A DNA stretch of 64,000 nt, from positions 62,001-126,000 of the forward strand of contig JBEWZL010000263.1 in NCBI GenBank assembly GCA_045837725.1, written 5' to 3'. Below the pieces are notes generated by a model. The model was not told where the DNA came from. It searched no databases and saw nothing but the letters and a program-made list of their open reading frames with translations. Origin of the DNA: Vermamoeba vermiformis (Eukaryota). This document shows, piece by piece, positions 25,479 to 40,939 of this stretch (position 1 is its first letter; each line of letters begins with the position of its first letter). A program made the position numbers and the translations under genes.

Positions 25479-25643
25479 TTGTAATATATAACCAACCCAT
25501 GTAAATAAATGCCTCAAATTATGACGAGCTGGATCTGCACTTTTTTTTGACCAGCAAAATTTTTGACGAGCAAATTTCTGCGCTACTTGTGCCATTTCTT
25601 TTTTCGCTGTAAATTTACAAGCCTCATATAGCAACCACATTAG

Positions 25644-26499
<856 letters not shown>

Positions 26500-26740
26500 A
26501 TGGTTTATGCAGCTTGATGGGATCCTTTCAATCGATAACGGATTAATGTAAGATAATTCCTTTAATAAACGACTCTTTCTACTAACAAACAGCGACTAAA
26601 CACCGCACTACGAGCACTACCTGGTCAAACAGTACCGATTCGTATTAGGACGTTTACTATTTACACTTCGAATATTATTATCATGATAATCAAGCTGCAA
26701 CCAGTGCAGAGCTCGAGTTCATCGCGCACACTGCACCAGC

Positions 26741-27318
26741 TCATCTGCTCTTCTTGTGCTTGCGCTTGTCAGCTTTGTGCTCATCGTCACTGCGCTTACG
26801 TTTCTTGCAGCTCTTTGACACTGCAGTGCTCTCGTTCTGAACTGCGCGACTGTTCTCCTCGTCGTGTCGTTTGAACATGGTGGACCAATTGAATGTCTGC
26901 GCGGTGTCATCGCTGGTCAGTTGGTAGTGGACTGCTGCGGGTACGATTGATTGACCTCCCCTCACTAGCTATGAAAATAGCACAAGGCTATTTGGATTAG
27001 ATAATGTCCGACATGAATAGGCTAGTAGTATTATTGTACTTTACCTGTCGAGGGCACTAGACTCAAGTGATTGCGACATTCGAACGTGAAGTGACCACAT
27101 CCGTGACAACGCTTGCAAGTGGAAGATGTGCCGTGCTTGGCTTTAGAAGTCATTAGCCGATGTCGCACACCTAGCCACAGCTGTTCACCCGCTGGGTCTG
27201 TAACACCTGTGGGCTCGTCGGATTCTGAAATAACTCTGCTCCAAATAGCGTGCGTGTTGCCTGCTTTGCTTGCGTAGAGACGTTCTCGTTTGCTGGGCAT
27301 ATAATAAGCGTATGACAT
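26741..27318 (-). CDS. Zinc-knuckle protein, CXIP4/SREK1IP1-like
   Basis: NTHAIWSRVI and CKRCHGCGHFTFECRN (CCHC); basic K/R-rich tail in exon 2. Confidence 0.7.
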
Positions 27319-27550
27319 GATGTGTGGTGCTCGTGTTGTTAGTTCGTTAATTAATAACAGAAACTGTTTTGTCTTTTTGTTCGTGCAGTGCGTGCTCTGT
27401 GAAAAAGCAATGCGCATTCTCGAACACAAGGACGTAGAATACGCAACAATAAGAGTATGAATGAGGTCCTAATTTGTATTAAAGTTATTCTTTCGCGGTT
27501 GGAGATTGGTCGGTCATCATGTGCGTGCCATTTCATTTGAGCATTCCACC

Positions 27551-28552
27551 ATGAACAAAGAAGAGGAAAGAAATGATAGGAATTTGGATATACACAAAGA
27601 ACGCGAGTATTGGGAGGCCTACTTTAAGGACTACGAGGATTTAATCCTTTATCTTCAAGGGCTTTTGCTTTTGCGCAGGCCGATCAGCTTTGTATTTCTC
27701 TCGTTAACAGTTTATTTTTACATGAGGTAATATTTATGATCCTAGTATTCCAAATAGCAAGATAATACCACATAAATATTTTAAATTTCATTAATATATT
27801 AACTTCATTAAATGACATCCGAGATTGAATTTGGATAATTAATCTCCTTTTATTAGGTCAGATATACCATTCGTTATTCTAGTCTGTTTGTGCCTCATTG
27901 CGTACCTAATATTGAATTGGTTGTCCGTGACAGGAGAGATCCAGTTCTCATTTAGTTCAATGGTACGTTGTCACCAAAATAACCTTATCAGCGGCCTCAA
28001 ATTTGGCACCAGTGTCTTGCTTTTTGGTTACATTATCTAATTTGGATCCGCTTCCTGTTTACCGAGTAAATTTCGCTGATCTTTCAATAAAGATTCCAAA
28101 AGAAGATCCAGCGGCCGCACAAACTGCAGAAGGCACGCGATTGTTGACGTACACCGAGATTTTGAGCATTGCAATTGAACTAAAAGCCAAATTGCGGCGA
28201 TTAATCAATAGATTTGTCGAAATGAAGCAGAATAACATACATCGATTTACGTTCGAGTCAGTGCTAGTACTGGCCGCTATAATATATTCCACGACACTGT
28301 TTGGTGGCCTTACTATCGTGTATATAGCAAGTAAGTGTCCGAGATTTCCTGCTTTCGAAGCTTTTGGATCCACTTTCGATTGCTAATCATGTATTGTATT
28401 TAGTCTATTCAGTATTATGGGGACCATCGATTATATTTTACAGTTTACACAAGAGATTGTTAGAATTTATCCGAGTCCGCTTGGACAAGCTCATACAAGA
28501 TTACCTCAATCGAATGGAGACAGATGTCAAGATCAAACTTAAAGCGAAATAA
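27551..28552 (+). CDS. ER membrane-shaping protein, ARL6IP1/reticulon-like (tentative)
   Basis: Four exons. Two long hydrophobic hairpin-like segments separated by a helical loop. Confidence 0.5.
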
Positions 28553-28649
28553 TATGTAATATACCAACACTATAAACACTATTTATACATAATTGCCTCT
28601 TCGCAATTTACTGAAATACAATGAAATGGAAATCACAACAAAGCTACAT

Positions 28650-30366
28650 CTAGCTTGAGTACTCAATATCGATAGTCGGACTTGGTGCGGCGAATGCAGA
28701 TAGGTCTAGTGTCGATGCATAATGTGCAGCAATTTGATTCTGTTTGTCAATCTCACTCAGCTGTCTGAACAGTTCAAAGCGAGGAATGTAAGTGCGGATC
28801 AGGGCATTTTCGTCTTTGCTCTGCGTGGACAATTTGGCGCGCAGTGATTGATGTGGCTTGGACTCTAATGTGTGAATGAACTGCTCTTGACTCAGCGAGA
28901 ACGCGTCGATTACACGCTTGGCATCATTTTCATGACCGAGCTCAAACCAGTGAAAGTGCGGATCTCCTCGGAACCATTTCAGTTGATGTGAGGCAAAGTT
29001 TCTAAGATGTCAATTAGCTTTGTGGTGAGTGATGCAAAAGGACTCAAATACCTCGTGACAGCTTGATAGTGCAACAAGAATTCAATGAAGCCGCTATCGG
29101 AGAACTGATTGGAGCTGTTAGTGCCTGTCATCGATACACTACGAGTTATTTTCATACCTGTTGTCTCACGAGATATTCAATCACTTGTCTGTAGCCAATA
29201 GAGCGTGCTGGCGGTGAATTTGGCAACATCAGACCCTGTTTAATGAGCTCACCAACCTCCTGCTTGACGTGTTAGAGCGTGACACTTTGACATCTGTCAC
29301 ATTTAGTTGCACGTACTTGAATGAGGCCGTTGATGACGATTCGCTCACAACGCAGGTCCATGCGTCGATAGACTAATTCACGAGGCCAGCGAATGCAGCT
29401 GAACATACGGAAATCATAGTCGAGCTCTGGCGAATGAGTTGTCTGAGAACTAGCACTGTCAACACAATGACGTACCTGTCAAGTCTTTGATCACGCGTTC
29501 ATAAGAGCTTAAGGGTTTGCCGTGCTTTTCAAACACTTCAAGTGCACGGGCCATGCGCATGTAATTGCCGGGACTCTTGAGCAGACCTGCTGCATAGATC
29601 GGATCTATCTCTTGGAGCTTTTTTAGGCTATGAAATGTTACATGTCAAATCAAGTGGCTGTGATACGAAGCATATTACTCACTTTTTGTCCCAATCATTT
29701 TCTTGTACTAGCTTGTGGTAGATCTCATTGAACAACTTGTGGTCTTTCTTCGGTGCTTCGATAACACCCTGCACGAGTGATCTGATGTAGAATGGCGTGC
29801 CCCCCACAATAATCGGCACTTTATTGCGACTCAATACGTCTGCAATGTGTGCACGACTGCGGTGATAAAAGTCCCACACCGTGAACATCTGATCCAATTC
29901 GTAGCAGTCAATCATGTGCAGTGGTACTTTCTCGTTGCTACTCTGTTCAAGTGCTGCTGGCTTGTTACTTCCCACATTCAAGTGTTTGTAGACCTGATCG
30001 GGGAACGATCGTGTTAATGGGGTGGATCAGATGGTCTACAAGATCCAACGTACCTTCACGGAGTCGGCGATGATAAGTTCGCCATTAATTTCTTTCGCCA
30101 ATTGAAGTGCTAGCTTTGATTTGCCCATCGCTGTAGGACCAGATATAATCATAACTTTTTTCTGTTGAGATCTAAATTAAAAGTTGTTCGAATAATTCTA
30201 CAGTAATATCTTTGCTCGATCAACTTATAGAATATGGGTTATGATAATCACGTGCTAATTGTAAAAATACCTTATCATTTTTTACTTCACTACTGAACTT
30301 CTGAGTCAAGATGCGAGTTAACGTCCTGGACATGGATCTGTAGGGCAGCTTCCTAGCAACGAACAT
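28650..30366 (-). CDS. TRIT1: tRNA dimethylallyltransferase (MiaA/TRIT1) with possible mitochondrial presequence
   Basis: ISGPTAMGKS, IADSVK|VYKHLNVGSNK, VGGTPFY and RNFASHQLKWFR. Confidence 0.92.
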
Positions 30367-30572
30367 TGTACTAATATATGTGCGTAGTGTTCTGTTTAGG
30401 TCTTGTTGATTTCACATGCAAGAGTTGATACAAATAAGAAAACACTTTATTTTCTATTTGACATTCATCAAATAGCACTAAGCGACAATAATTACTGATA
30501 AATAATATATAAGAGTATATACATGTTGATGCGTACTCAAAGCTGTACAGAAGCGAGATGACGCACTTAGAT

Positions 30573-32140
30573 CTAAGAGCTGCTCTCGTCGTGGTCTCCA
30601 GCCTTGGTGTGCGGGGGCACAATGAAGATGACGGCCGTGCTGTGGTCCATCTTGCCCGGGAAGGTCTTGTAGTTGTCAGGGTGCGGCGTGTTCGGATTGG
30701 CCTCCATGAACTGACGCGAGGGCTTGGTCAACTCCTCGCAATGACGCAACAACTCGCGCGTCAAGAGTGCAGGCGTGTTGTGGCCCTGTTTGATCATGCG
30801 GTGCAAGATCAGCTCGCGGTACAAGTTCTTCACGTCTTCTGCGCGCTCGTGGCCCAATTTGGACCAATCATCTTCTTCCACACCTGCGCACGTGTCAGTC
30901 ACTGCAGTCACGTGTCAATGGCCTGTCTGGCACTTACCGAGCTCGCACTGATTGGGATTGAGGCCCATCTGTTCCGGGTCGAGATTGTCGTGCACACCAT
31001 CGCTCAACAATATCACCCAATCACCTTCACTGCACTGTGTGAAGTACAGCTGCAAGTTGCGCAGATCTGGCGTGCCATTCTTCAAGTAAGGACCCTGTGA
31101 CCGGTATATTAACATCGCCATTCATATACGTGTTATTAATATCACTCTCAACACGTACCAAGCGACCACCAGGGTCACGACGGTCTTTGATGTTCAAACG
31201 ATTGCCGGCAGTCACTTCGAGGACCTCATCCGTGGACTTGTGATATAAAAAGGCTTTGCAATCACCAACCTACGCGTATAATATTAGCCTAGTGACTAAA
31301 TAGCGTAAAGACGCAATTTATTAGTTTTTTTTGTGCGTGCCTGTTGGATCAACGCACAATATTATTAAATCATAGACCGGACAGCGAATATAATAAACTA
31401 GGCCATACTACTATGCAATGACTAGTTTAACGCCCGAATTATACAAATTTTGTGCATTAAGTTCGGTCAGCATAAATAACCGAAGATAAAAATAAACCAA
31501 AATAATTGTAAATAATAAATACTGTCATATAATAAGCCAGGCAATAATCGAATTAATAGCAAGAATAAATATTAAATAAACTTACGTTAGCGACTAATAA
31601 ACCCCAAGAGCTAGGTATTTCGGCCAATATTGCACCAATTAAAGTAGTCGTACCAGCGTCCCACACATCTTCTTTGCCCTCTACAATGCGCTTGTGTCCT
31701 TCAGCAAATGCGCGCAGTAGTAGATGTCCTCCTTCGGGCAAGTCGCGCACAATCTCTTGCCGCGTTGCCATGTAGTCTTTATATGCCGCAATAGCGCTAA
31801 GTGCTGCATTGTATGCACGAGGTCCCCAACTGCATCCATCAGCAATAGCAGCCACGATTCGGTTTTTCCAGATTTGCATCACAAACCGATCAGCAACAGG
31901 ATCTCCATCTCTCTTATTTAAACTCGCTAACCAAGGATACGTTGATATAGTTTTAGCACAATATAATTCATGCTCGGAATCGTGCTCTACTGTGACTGGT
32001 TCTCCTTGAACAAGCTGCGTAACGGTCAAATCTGGTAAATCCACATAGAAATCCTTGCTTGCTGGTCGCTTCTTATCCACTCCAGAGCTGCTTAAACTTT
32101 CAAGGCTAGAACTGGAGGGTATGAGATTTTCTTTTTCCAT
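30573..32140 (-). CDS. PPM/PP2C-type protein phosphatase
   Basis: IADGCSWG, AGTTT, NVGDCKA, LLSDGVHDNLD and GKMDH; 3 exons. Confidence 0.85.
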
Positions 32141-32486
32141 AGCGATGTGTTCTTCTGCTGGTAAGTCAGGAGGAATTATTTAATAAATTTTCCGCAGTCT
32201 CTCAACACCGCGAAAGACCTAAAGAGTACTAACAAATTAAATAACACATATGAGGGCACTGTTTAGTGGCTGTGTGGTCTCTAATATTCGCCGAGCTCGG
32301 AAACAGATCAGGTTGCAATTCCTTTCAGTTACTAGAAGCTTCGATGGTACATTAATCGGCTTAATACTAGTTGTGAGAATATTCATTGAGATTACGTATG
32401 TAGCAGAGACTTGTAAGCTGTGCAACGTTCGTGGATCAGTAATTTTGTAGCTTTTATGACATGTGGTGCACAACAACAGCGCAATA

Positions 32487-34324
32487 ATGAGAGGCATTTA
32501 TTTCGTGCTATTATTGGTGCCTTTTATATTTATACAGACGAGTTATAGTCGATTTATTAAATATGACGTGCTGCAGGTGAGACATCGCGACCTGTGCTCA
32601 TATTAAATTAGCTCATAATATTATACAGCTAGCAGCAAATGATTATGAATCTCACGGCTATGCAATGTGGGGCAGTAATAATTCACCGGCAAGAATTTCA
32701 ATAAATGGTAATTTCAAAATTATTATTATTCAAACTCAAATTAGTTATTTTCGGTGAACCATTTATTCAATAATAAGATATGCATATTTACCATCCAAAT
32801 ATAGCGACCTTCACGAATATTGATAACGATTATCGCTTGGATCGGCTGCACGTGCTGATAGGTCCGTATTCGATGAAATACTTGATGGACTTCAGTTTGG
32901 ATTTGATGTTCAATCGCCGCACGTGCGAAGACTTGCACAAATCACAAAATATTGAAGAGATAGCAACACTATTGACCTCGCAAGACATACTCTACAAAAG
33001 CATCGTGATTGGCAAAAACGAGTCAGAGGTGGAGTTCGCTGAGGTAATTAGTACACTATAGTGACTCATATTGGGTGTTCTAATGCCTATTTGCTCTATC
33101 AGACCAAAGAAGTCACGTCGTATGGTGTCTGGTATGTGTACATCTTCAACTGCAAGATCGTGCAGATACTGCAGCAAGACAAGCGAGAAGGTGTTTTCAT
33201 GCGTGGTACAGTCGAGTTCTACAATTCGTACGGCTATTTGGAGGCTGATCGCATGCTGCAACTGCCAGTACGTGACCCTTCACAAACCATCTAATAATAC
33301 TGACTTGTGAATAGGTCGATACCTTGTTCGTATTGTTGTACAGCACAGTATTGCTCGTGTGGATATATCTCTTGAAAAAACACAACGTGGATCTGCTGCG
33401 ACTTCAGGTATTTGTAGCACTCAAAGTACTATACCGAGCATCACTAACGAGTATTCAGAAATGGTTACTGATCTTGATTATGGTCCCGCTCGCTGAGTTA
33501 ATGTTGCACTTGCTCACAGCAGTCGTCTACAACAGCACGGGCACATTAAGTACGCAATACAACGGCCATTAATCGCAGCACTAACAACACAACAGGTGTG
33601 TGGGCAGTGACACTCACGGTGATTGCCAGCACGCTCAAACGAACTCTCGTGCGCACTGTCATGCTGTTGCTCGCACTGGGCTTCAATATGGTGCGCGCAC
33701 TCACTCGCCGCGACACGGTGTTGTTGGTGGTCGTGGCAGTGCTGTATGCTACACTCAGCGGTGCTGCTCAACTCACCTACGAGCTCAATGGTGTCACGAG
33801 TGCCTTTGACGTGCTCTTCATGGCCCCTGCATCGATCATTGACTTAACAGCTCTCACAGTGGTACGTGCGATGTTACTTGTGCAAGAGTACTCTTCTAAC
33901 ACGCGCTAATTAGGTCATGATTGCTGGTCCAAAGACCGTGTCAATTCTCAAAAGCAACCAACAGTGGCACAAGCTCGACATCTATAGAGAGTTGATGGTA
34001 TTTGGCATCTTGTTCTATCTCTTTGGCACCATGCACCTCCTCTTCAGAGCGTAAGTGGATAACTGTTAATAGAGATTGAAATTAACGCTGCGTAGATATG
34101 CCATGTTATACAAACTATTTGCAGAGTACTGGTATGCATGGTGGATGTGGGATCTAACACATCATGCACTGTATTGGTCAATTCTAGTGTCTTTAGCATG
34201 GCTGTTTAAACCTGGATCTGACAATGCCCGTCTCCGATTTAATCCTGACGATCAGCAAGCGGAACAAGTACTCGAACCTCTGCGTGTTTCCGAAGATGTT
34301 GATGAGGATTATGACTTTGATTAG
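32487..34324 (+). CDS. GOST seven-transmembrane protein (TMEM87/GPR107-like)
   Basis: Signal peptide, lumenal domain, FYNSYGYL, STLKRTLVRTVMLLLALGFNMV and LAWLFKP..DNAR; many exons. Confidence 0.8.
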
Positions 34325-34424
34325 TCCCCTGTACATAGTGTAGCATAAATCTCGCGACTTTTTTCTCAGAATTTTTCGGCCATAACGGTTATCTTTTGTG
34401 TTTTTTGGCTTTAATTCTCATCAA

Positions 34425-37400
34425 ATGTTGTCGTTAACAACAATACCCTCAATTTTGGACAGATGTCAAAAGACAATAGCTATCCATAATACGGCAATCA
34501 AGGAGTTCAAACGCATTCAAGCGCAAAACCAGATTGGATTCAAAAAAGAGTTCATCAAGGTCTTAAATAGGGTTCTTATCCAACCCAGACGAGAGGCACA
34601 TGTGGAAAGGCTAGTAACATTCTTTGCTCGCTTCGTTGTAGCGAAGAATCCAGATGCCGATCTCGAAGATGGAGCGAGTCAAGCAACGCAAGAAGGCTAC
34701 GACAAGAATTTTATTGGCTTCGTTATTCAATATCTGCTCAATCTAAGCGACGTCAAAGAAAAAACAGTTCGTTTCCGATGTTGCCAGCTAATTGCAGGAA
34801 TAATGACACTATTGAAGGATGTCGAGCTAGAGTAAGTCATTAAATTCGAAAATTATTTTTATTATTGTCCTTAGCGATAGTATTTTCTAAATTTACTCTT
34901 GCTTCGAATTTATTGATTGACAATAATTCCTCTATTTTGTAGCGACGAGATCACCGAAAAAATAATTGAAAAGATGAACGTCAGACTCTTTGACAAATCT
35001 GCTCAAGTACGTGTTGAGGCCTGCAAAGTGCTTTGCCCGATGATCGACTCGGCAGATCGTGGAGACAGCTCGTTACAAAAGTTGTTGCAGCTCATGAACG
35101 ATCCAACCAAGTAAGCTAGGCTTGAACGATATGAATTTGCGCTAAATAATTCAATAGGGAAGTGCGTCGTGCAGTGCTGCAGCACATTAAGCCCTCGAAG
35201 AACATCTTGCCGAATATCATCGTACACACGCGCGACATTGACCCTGAAGTGCGAGTAGCAAGCTTCGACAAAATCAAAGACTGCGTTGCTATGGAGAAAC
35301 TCACTGCCGAACAGCGCGTAAAGTTGATTAAGGACGGTTTGACTGATCCGTAAGTAGATCTGACACGATTTTTGGATAGAAATTAATTGTGCGACTGTCA
35401 GTGATGAACGAGTGAAACAATCTATTGCAGATGTGCTGAATAATTGGATCGAATCGTTGAACGGTGATCCTTTACAATTGTTGAACTACTTGGATGTGAC
35501 AAAGAACGAAGCTGTGGTGGAGAGTGCTCTGCGGTCAATATTCTCAAAGAGGACCGTTGATTTAGAACGATTCAAAAGCGAAGATATCACGCCGAGCTTT
35601 GCACTGTACTGGCGCGTGTACTGTGAACACGTCAGAGCCACAAAGGTGAGCGTTTTGTCGCTCTGTCATGCTGCTCTAACAACTCAATTGTAGAACTACT
35701 TCGATGCCGATGAAATATTTGAAAAGATTCTGCCTGAAATCAAGAAGTTCTGTCTGCTTCTGAAGGGGCACGAGCACGACGAGTTCATTGAAATTCAATT
35801 GCTTCGAATTGCTTCATTGATGGACTTCCAAGATGAAGTTGGTCGCAGACTTTTGTCTCAACTGCTTCGTAAGTCATTCGGTGATGTGCTGCCATATGAA
35901 AAGTTCTAACACATTGTACAGGGGATATGTTGCCCAAGACGTCGTCGGATTTGATTCGCAAACAAATGATGGACGTGCTCTCCAAAGTGTACAACAACCA
36001 GAACGAATACATTCGCGTCATTTTGGAATTGGTGTCGGATATTTACGATCCCTTAGAAGATGAGACAGACCAGCCAGAGCCGGAAGTACAAGAAGCCAGA
36101 CTTCAAACTTGTCTTTCTATGGTCTTGGAGCTGTTGGAAAAGACCTCGAAAGATTTGTCGCACTCTGGCATTCGTGACGTATTCCAGAACCTCATCACAC
36201 CGAGCTTGACCTCCGTCTCTCCGATTGTACGCCGCGATGGCTTCAAATGTCTGGGTCTTTACTGCTTGTTGGACAAAGAGAAGGTGAACCAGAAGCTACC
36301 AATTTTCTTGCGTGGCCTTCAAGTAGAAAAGGACGAACAGATTCTCTTGACCATTGTCAGAAACATCGTGGACATTCTTCTCATCTTTGGTGTGAGCTTT
36401 GCAACTATATCGGACAACAAAGGCAACGAGGAGAACTTAATCACAAACCTGCGTGACTTCTTGAAGCACGAGAACCAAGAGATTCGCATGGCAGCAGTGG
36501 AAGGCTTCTGCAAACTCTTTTTCACGGCAACAATTTACGACGTTGACATACTGACAGATCTCATTGACGAGTTCCTGAATCCCCTTACCGAGCGATTTGT
36601 CAAAATTCGCAAGTGTCTTCAAGAATTTTTTACAAGGTAAGTCTTGCACCCACTATTGCCGATCTTTTACTAACCTTGGATTAGATTTGTCCAGTTTAGT
36701 CCTCTCAATCGCGATCTAGTCGAGCAAGCTGGCATGCGCTTGATCAGTCGTTTGTTACGAAAGGATCAAAGCACGATGAAAGTGCTCAAATTCTTGTCCA
36801 ACTTGACGGATTACAACTTCTTGGAGAAATTCGTTGTAAGAAACAAGAACGTGGATCTAGCAGAAGAGAAGTCACGACAAAATCGACTGGCACTCTTCTT
36901 GTTGCAAGAGCTGGTTAAAAACCCTTCAGGAGCTGTCAACGATATTCCACCCACTCTTAATCAACTGACAATCAATCTCGATGACAAGGCTCGATTCCCG
37001 AGATTATTGTCCTTGGCTAAGAAGGGCATGAAGGTACGTCACTAAACTCTTTTTTACAACGTTTACTAACTACTCCCAGTACGTGAACGACAAGCTGATG
37101 CACAAACAGCTCGAGAAGTTCTACAATCATCTTCAAACCAGCCCTCTAGCTGCCGAGCTGGAGAAAGAGAACGAAGAGCGCGATGATGCGTCCGTTGTGG
37201 AGTACAGCGAAAGAGAAGAGCCCAGCAGCAAGCGCGAAGTGCGCCGTGGCGTGAAGAGGACCTTGAGTGAAGTACTCGATGAACACAAAGAGAACTTCGA
37301 TCAAGTGGACGCCTTCGAGTTGTCAGTTGACACTCCCGACACCAAGTCGCGCAAGCGCAAGAGAGTGTCATTCGCTGGCGAGGCTCAAATGATGCAAGAG

Positions 37401-39328
37401 AGCGAAGAGCGAGAAAACAAGCGCCGAAAATTGGAAGGTGCATTGGCTTCAATCACTGAAAGAATTAAGAACAAAGACACGGACGAGGAAATGCTGCAAA
37501 TGATCTACAATCTCAAACAAGACATCAACGAGCTTATTAGCACTCCGCAGAAGAGACCACCCAGTGCAACCAAATACGCAACCACGTCCAAGCTGAAGAC
37601 AAGTTCTTCACGCACCGACCACACTAAAGGACGCACTGTTGCCTCGAAAGAGCTCTTCAAGTCTCCTGAAAAATCTGACACAGTCTTCAAGACCCCTGAA
37701 AAGCCAGCCAGACCACGCTCTAGTTCAACGAACAGCGCAAAGAAAACACCGTCCAAAGCACAAACTGTTGACCTGGATAGAACAGACGACTCGGTGTCGA
37801 TCAACAATTATGTGGATGAGAGAGCCCCGCAGATTGAAATCACCGAAAGTGACTTTGAAGACGATATTGCCATTGAATCCGCGCAACGTGCTCCACCAAA
37901 GCCAGTCGCGTCAACGCCGCCTGCACAGCCTGAAAATAAGAAAGTTGAGGCAAAGAAGTCTGGTGCTAAAGAGAAGAGCGAGAGCAAAACACCTAAGAAG
38001 GCTGAGAAGGCGAAGGACAAAGAGGAAGAGCCTGCCAAGAACAAGACCCCTGCCAAACAGACCAAGGAAGCGGACAAGGCTAAGACACCCAAATCTGTTG
38101 AAAAGGCCAAGCCTGAAGAATCCAATCGTCGTGACTCGCTTAGAAGCAGTCAAGAGCGCAAGAAAGAGGCCGAAGAAAAGACACCGAAGAAAACAGCCGC
38201 TGCCAAGGACAAAAAAGAGAAGACAGTTGAAGAGCCTAAGACCAAGGACAAGAAGGCCAAGTCATCCGCTCCTCAGACTAGCAGTAGCCAAGCAGACTCC
38301 GTCGTGTTGATTCTCGATCTTGATGACAATAAGAAATCATCCAAAGAGGCACGTCCCGCACCTGCGCAAAAGAAAGCGCCGCGAACAGACGATGACGATG
38401 CCACTCAAATTGTGGACAGTGGCAAGAGTGACAAAAAGTCCAAGCGAGGAAGTGCCAAGTCAAACAAGAGTCAAGGCGCTGACGACGAGGACAAGAAGGC
38501 ACGTGGCAAACGCAAGCGTGAGTCCACCGAAGACAGCGATGAAGAGAAGACACCACCAAAGAAAGCTCGCAAAGCAGACGATGAAGACAAAGAGGAGGGC
38601 ATGCAGAAGAGTGGTTCGTTCAGCATTGTCCGCTCTGGCAAGAAACATCAGTCCATTCTCTTCACGCGCAATGCTGAACGTGTTGGTACTGTTGTGATTG
38701 AGGACTCGCAAGCAAGTCAAACCCCGTCGGACTCGCAACGCAGATCCAATCGCATCAACAAAGGTAAGTTGTTCATATTCGAACTCATTGAGCTAACTTT
38801 ACAACAGACATTACGATTTCATTCTCGGGCTTCAAGCAATCGGACGACGCCTATTCACTCAAAGCCAAGAAAGAGTACCACATTATGGCGCAGAAGCTTG
38901 GTGCCAATGTGTTGAGTTCTGACAAATTCGACACCGCCACTACGCACATAGTTGCGCCGCCTGGCAGTCGAACCATGAAGACACTCGTCGGTTGTTTGAT
39001 GAACAGTTGGATCGTGAGCCCTGAGTGGATCGCTGACTCTGCCAAGGCTGGCAAGTTCTTGCCTGAGAAGAAGTACGGTGTGCGCAAGGATGCCAGTCCA
39101 TTTGCAGGCAGAAATATCTTCATATCACCTGTGTTTAAGAAGAATACGCAGTACAACGAGCAGAACATGAAGACTTTGATCATTCTGGGCCAAGCCAAGC
39201 TACTTAACTCAGCATTTGGTGCGGACCTGATCTTGGTTGGTTCTACCGAGGAGAAGGGCGAATACGGCAACACGGAGTGCTGGACTTGGTCAGACTTCCA
39301 CGAGTCCATCCAATCGATCAGCCAATAA
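34425..39328 (+). CDS. NCAPG: Condensin I HEAT subunit CAP-G/Ycg1 with long charged linker and C-terminal BRCT domain
   Basis: VRFRCCQLI, DKSAQVRVEA, RRAVL, TRDIDPEVR, ALYWR, GFKCLGLYCLLD and AVEGFCKL. BRCT segment TTHIV...TMKTLVG...WIVSPEWIADS is joined in frame by intron ~38764-38807. Confidence 0.9.
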
Positions 39329-39383
39329 GAGCTATGACCTCTTGTTGTTTGCAATTAAATAGTACAGTTTATTATATACATGG

Positions 39384-40939
39384 TTATTCGCTCTCCTCTA
39401 CAGAGCCAATGACTTGTTCAATGGTCTTGTTCGGCTTGAGTCGCACTCGTGCCAGTGTGTGACTCCACCCTGAGGCGATTTGTAGCACATCAAAATCTTT
39501 GAAACTTGGATCCGTGAGCTCTGTTGGCTTCATGACCAGTTCTTTTTGACCAGAACACAGTTGATAATCTGATCCTAAACCCCATACAAACACACTGTTG
39601 CTCTCTGTCACGCAAAAGCTAGTGAAGTTGCCGCAAGCAATATGTCTGATGCTGCCCTTGCCTGACAACACTCGTGTTGGCATCACACTGGACTCTAACT
39701 TGCCAGTGCCTACTTGACCGTACTGATTGGGACCGAATGCGTAGACATTTCCTCGATCGGTGTAAAGCAGTGTGTGAGACAGTCCTGACGCGAGGTCTAT
39801 GATCCTCTCGCCCTCCTCTAATGCACTCAGTTGTATGTGACGCGGTGTCATAACTTGTCGCACAGATTTGTCAAGGCCGAGTTGATTCAGTTTGTTCGCG
39901 CCCCAGCCATACAACTCACCCTTGTCAGTGAGCACGAGGGTGTGACTCAGTCCTGCCACTGCGCGCTTGACGACGTGACCTGTCATGATGGGCACAGGCT
40001 CCCAAACATACGTGTCATCACCAGTGCCAAGCTGTCCAGACATATTCGTGCCCCACACATACAACTGGCCCTGATCTGCTAGGACTTAGCGTGACTAATA
40101 ACAGCACATGACTTACCATCGATGGCAAGACTGTGATAAGCGCCAGCAATGACATCTGTCACGCGCACACCTGCAAGACTGGAGATGACACGTGGTGTGA
40201 ACTGGTTGTCAGTGGTCTGATAGCCGAGTTGTGCCTAAATAGGAATGAGACAATCTACTCGCAGTGAGCTATAAATAGACGCACCTGTGCGAGACCAGCG
40301 GAATATACTTCACCATTGTCTGTCGGAGAATTAGTACATCAAATGACACGTGTCACAGTGCGTACCAGCCAGCAGCAGCGCGTGATGTTTGCCGAGCGAG
40401 GCGTGAGTGACAGCACGTGACAGATCAATCGTTGCAGGTCTTTTTTTGGTGCCGCGCTGTGCCACTTGACCCTCGTCACTCGCCCCACAACTCCACGCTG
40501 TTTGACACGTGTCAGAATGAGTGCTGCACGAACAATCAGACGTACCTTGACCAATGTCAGTGATGAACATCGACGAGGCCTCACTCGCAGTCACGTGACG
40601 CACTTTGACGTTGTTGACGAGCGGCACCACGGCAGCACGTGATGTGTTGGCTGTGCGACCGAGTCCGAGCTGACCAGCACTGTTGTCACCCCAGCCCAGC
40701 ACTGGCAAGGCATTAGTGTTAGTCGTGTCAGAGCTGCTTGTAATTGGCGGTGAAAAAATTACACAAATATTATTTATATTAATATGCCTCTTCTGAGTGT
40801 TGCCCGAATATCACGTACCTACTGTATATCCTCCTTTACTGTAATATCTTTTTTTAATATTTTTGTTCAATTGCTGCACCGATCTGCACGATCTGATCGA
40901 CAAAGCGTGCCTCGTCAACTGAACAGCTGTAGTGAACAT
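39384..40939 (-). CDS. RCC1-repeat protein with mitochondrial-like presequence (RCC1L-like)
   Basis: Repeated WG.N..GQLG / AG.SH motifs; N-terminal exon MFTTAVQLTRHALSIRSCRS. Confidence 0.85.

Noticed and set aside
32161-32197. Plus-strand GTAAGT...CGCAG intron-like segment upstream of PP2C
   Set aside because: No plus-strand exons support it; probably chance within the minus-strand 5' leader.
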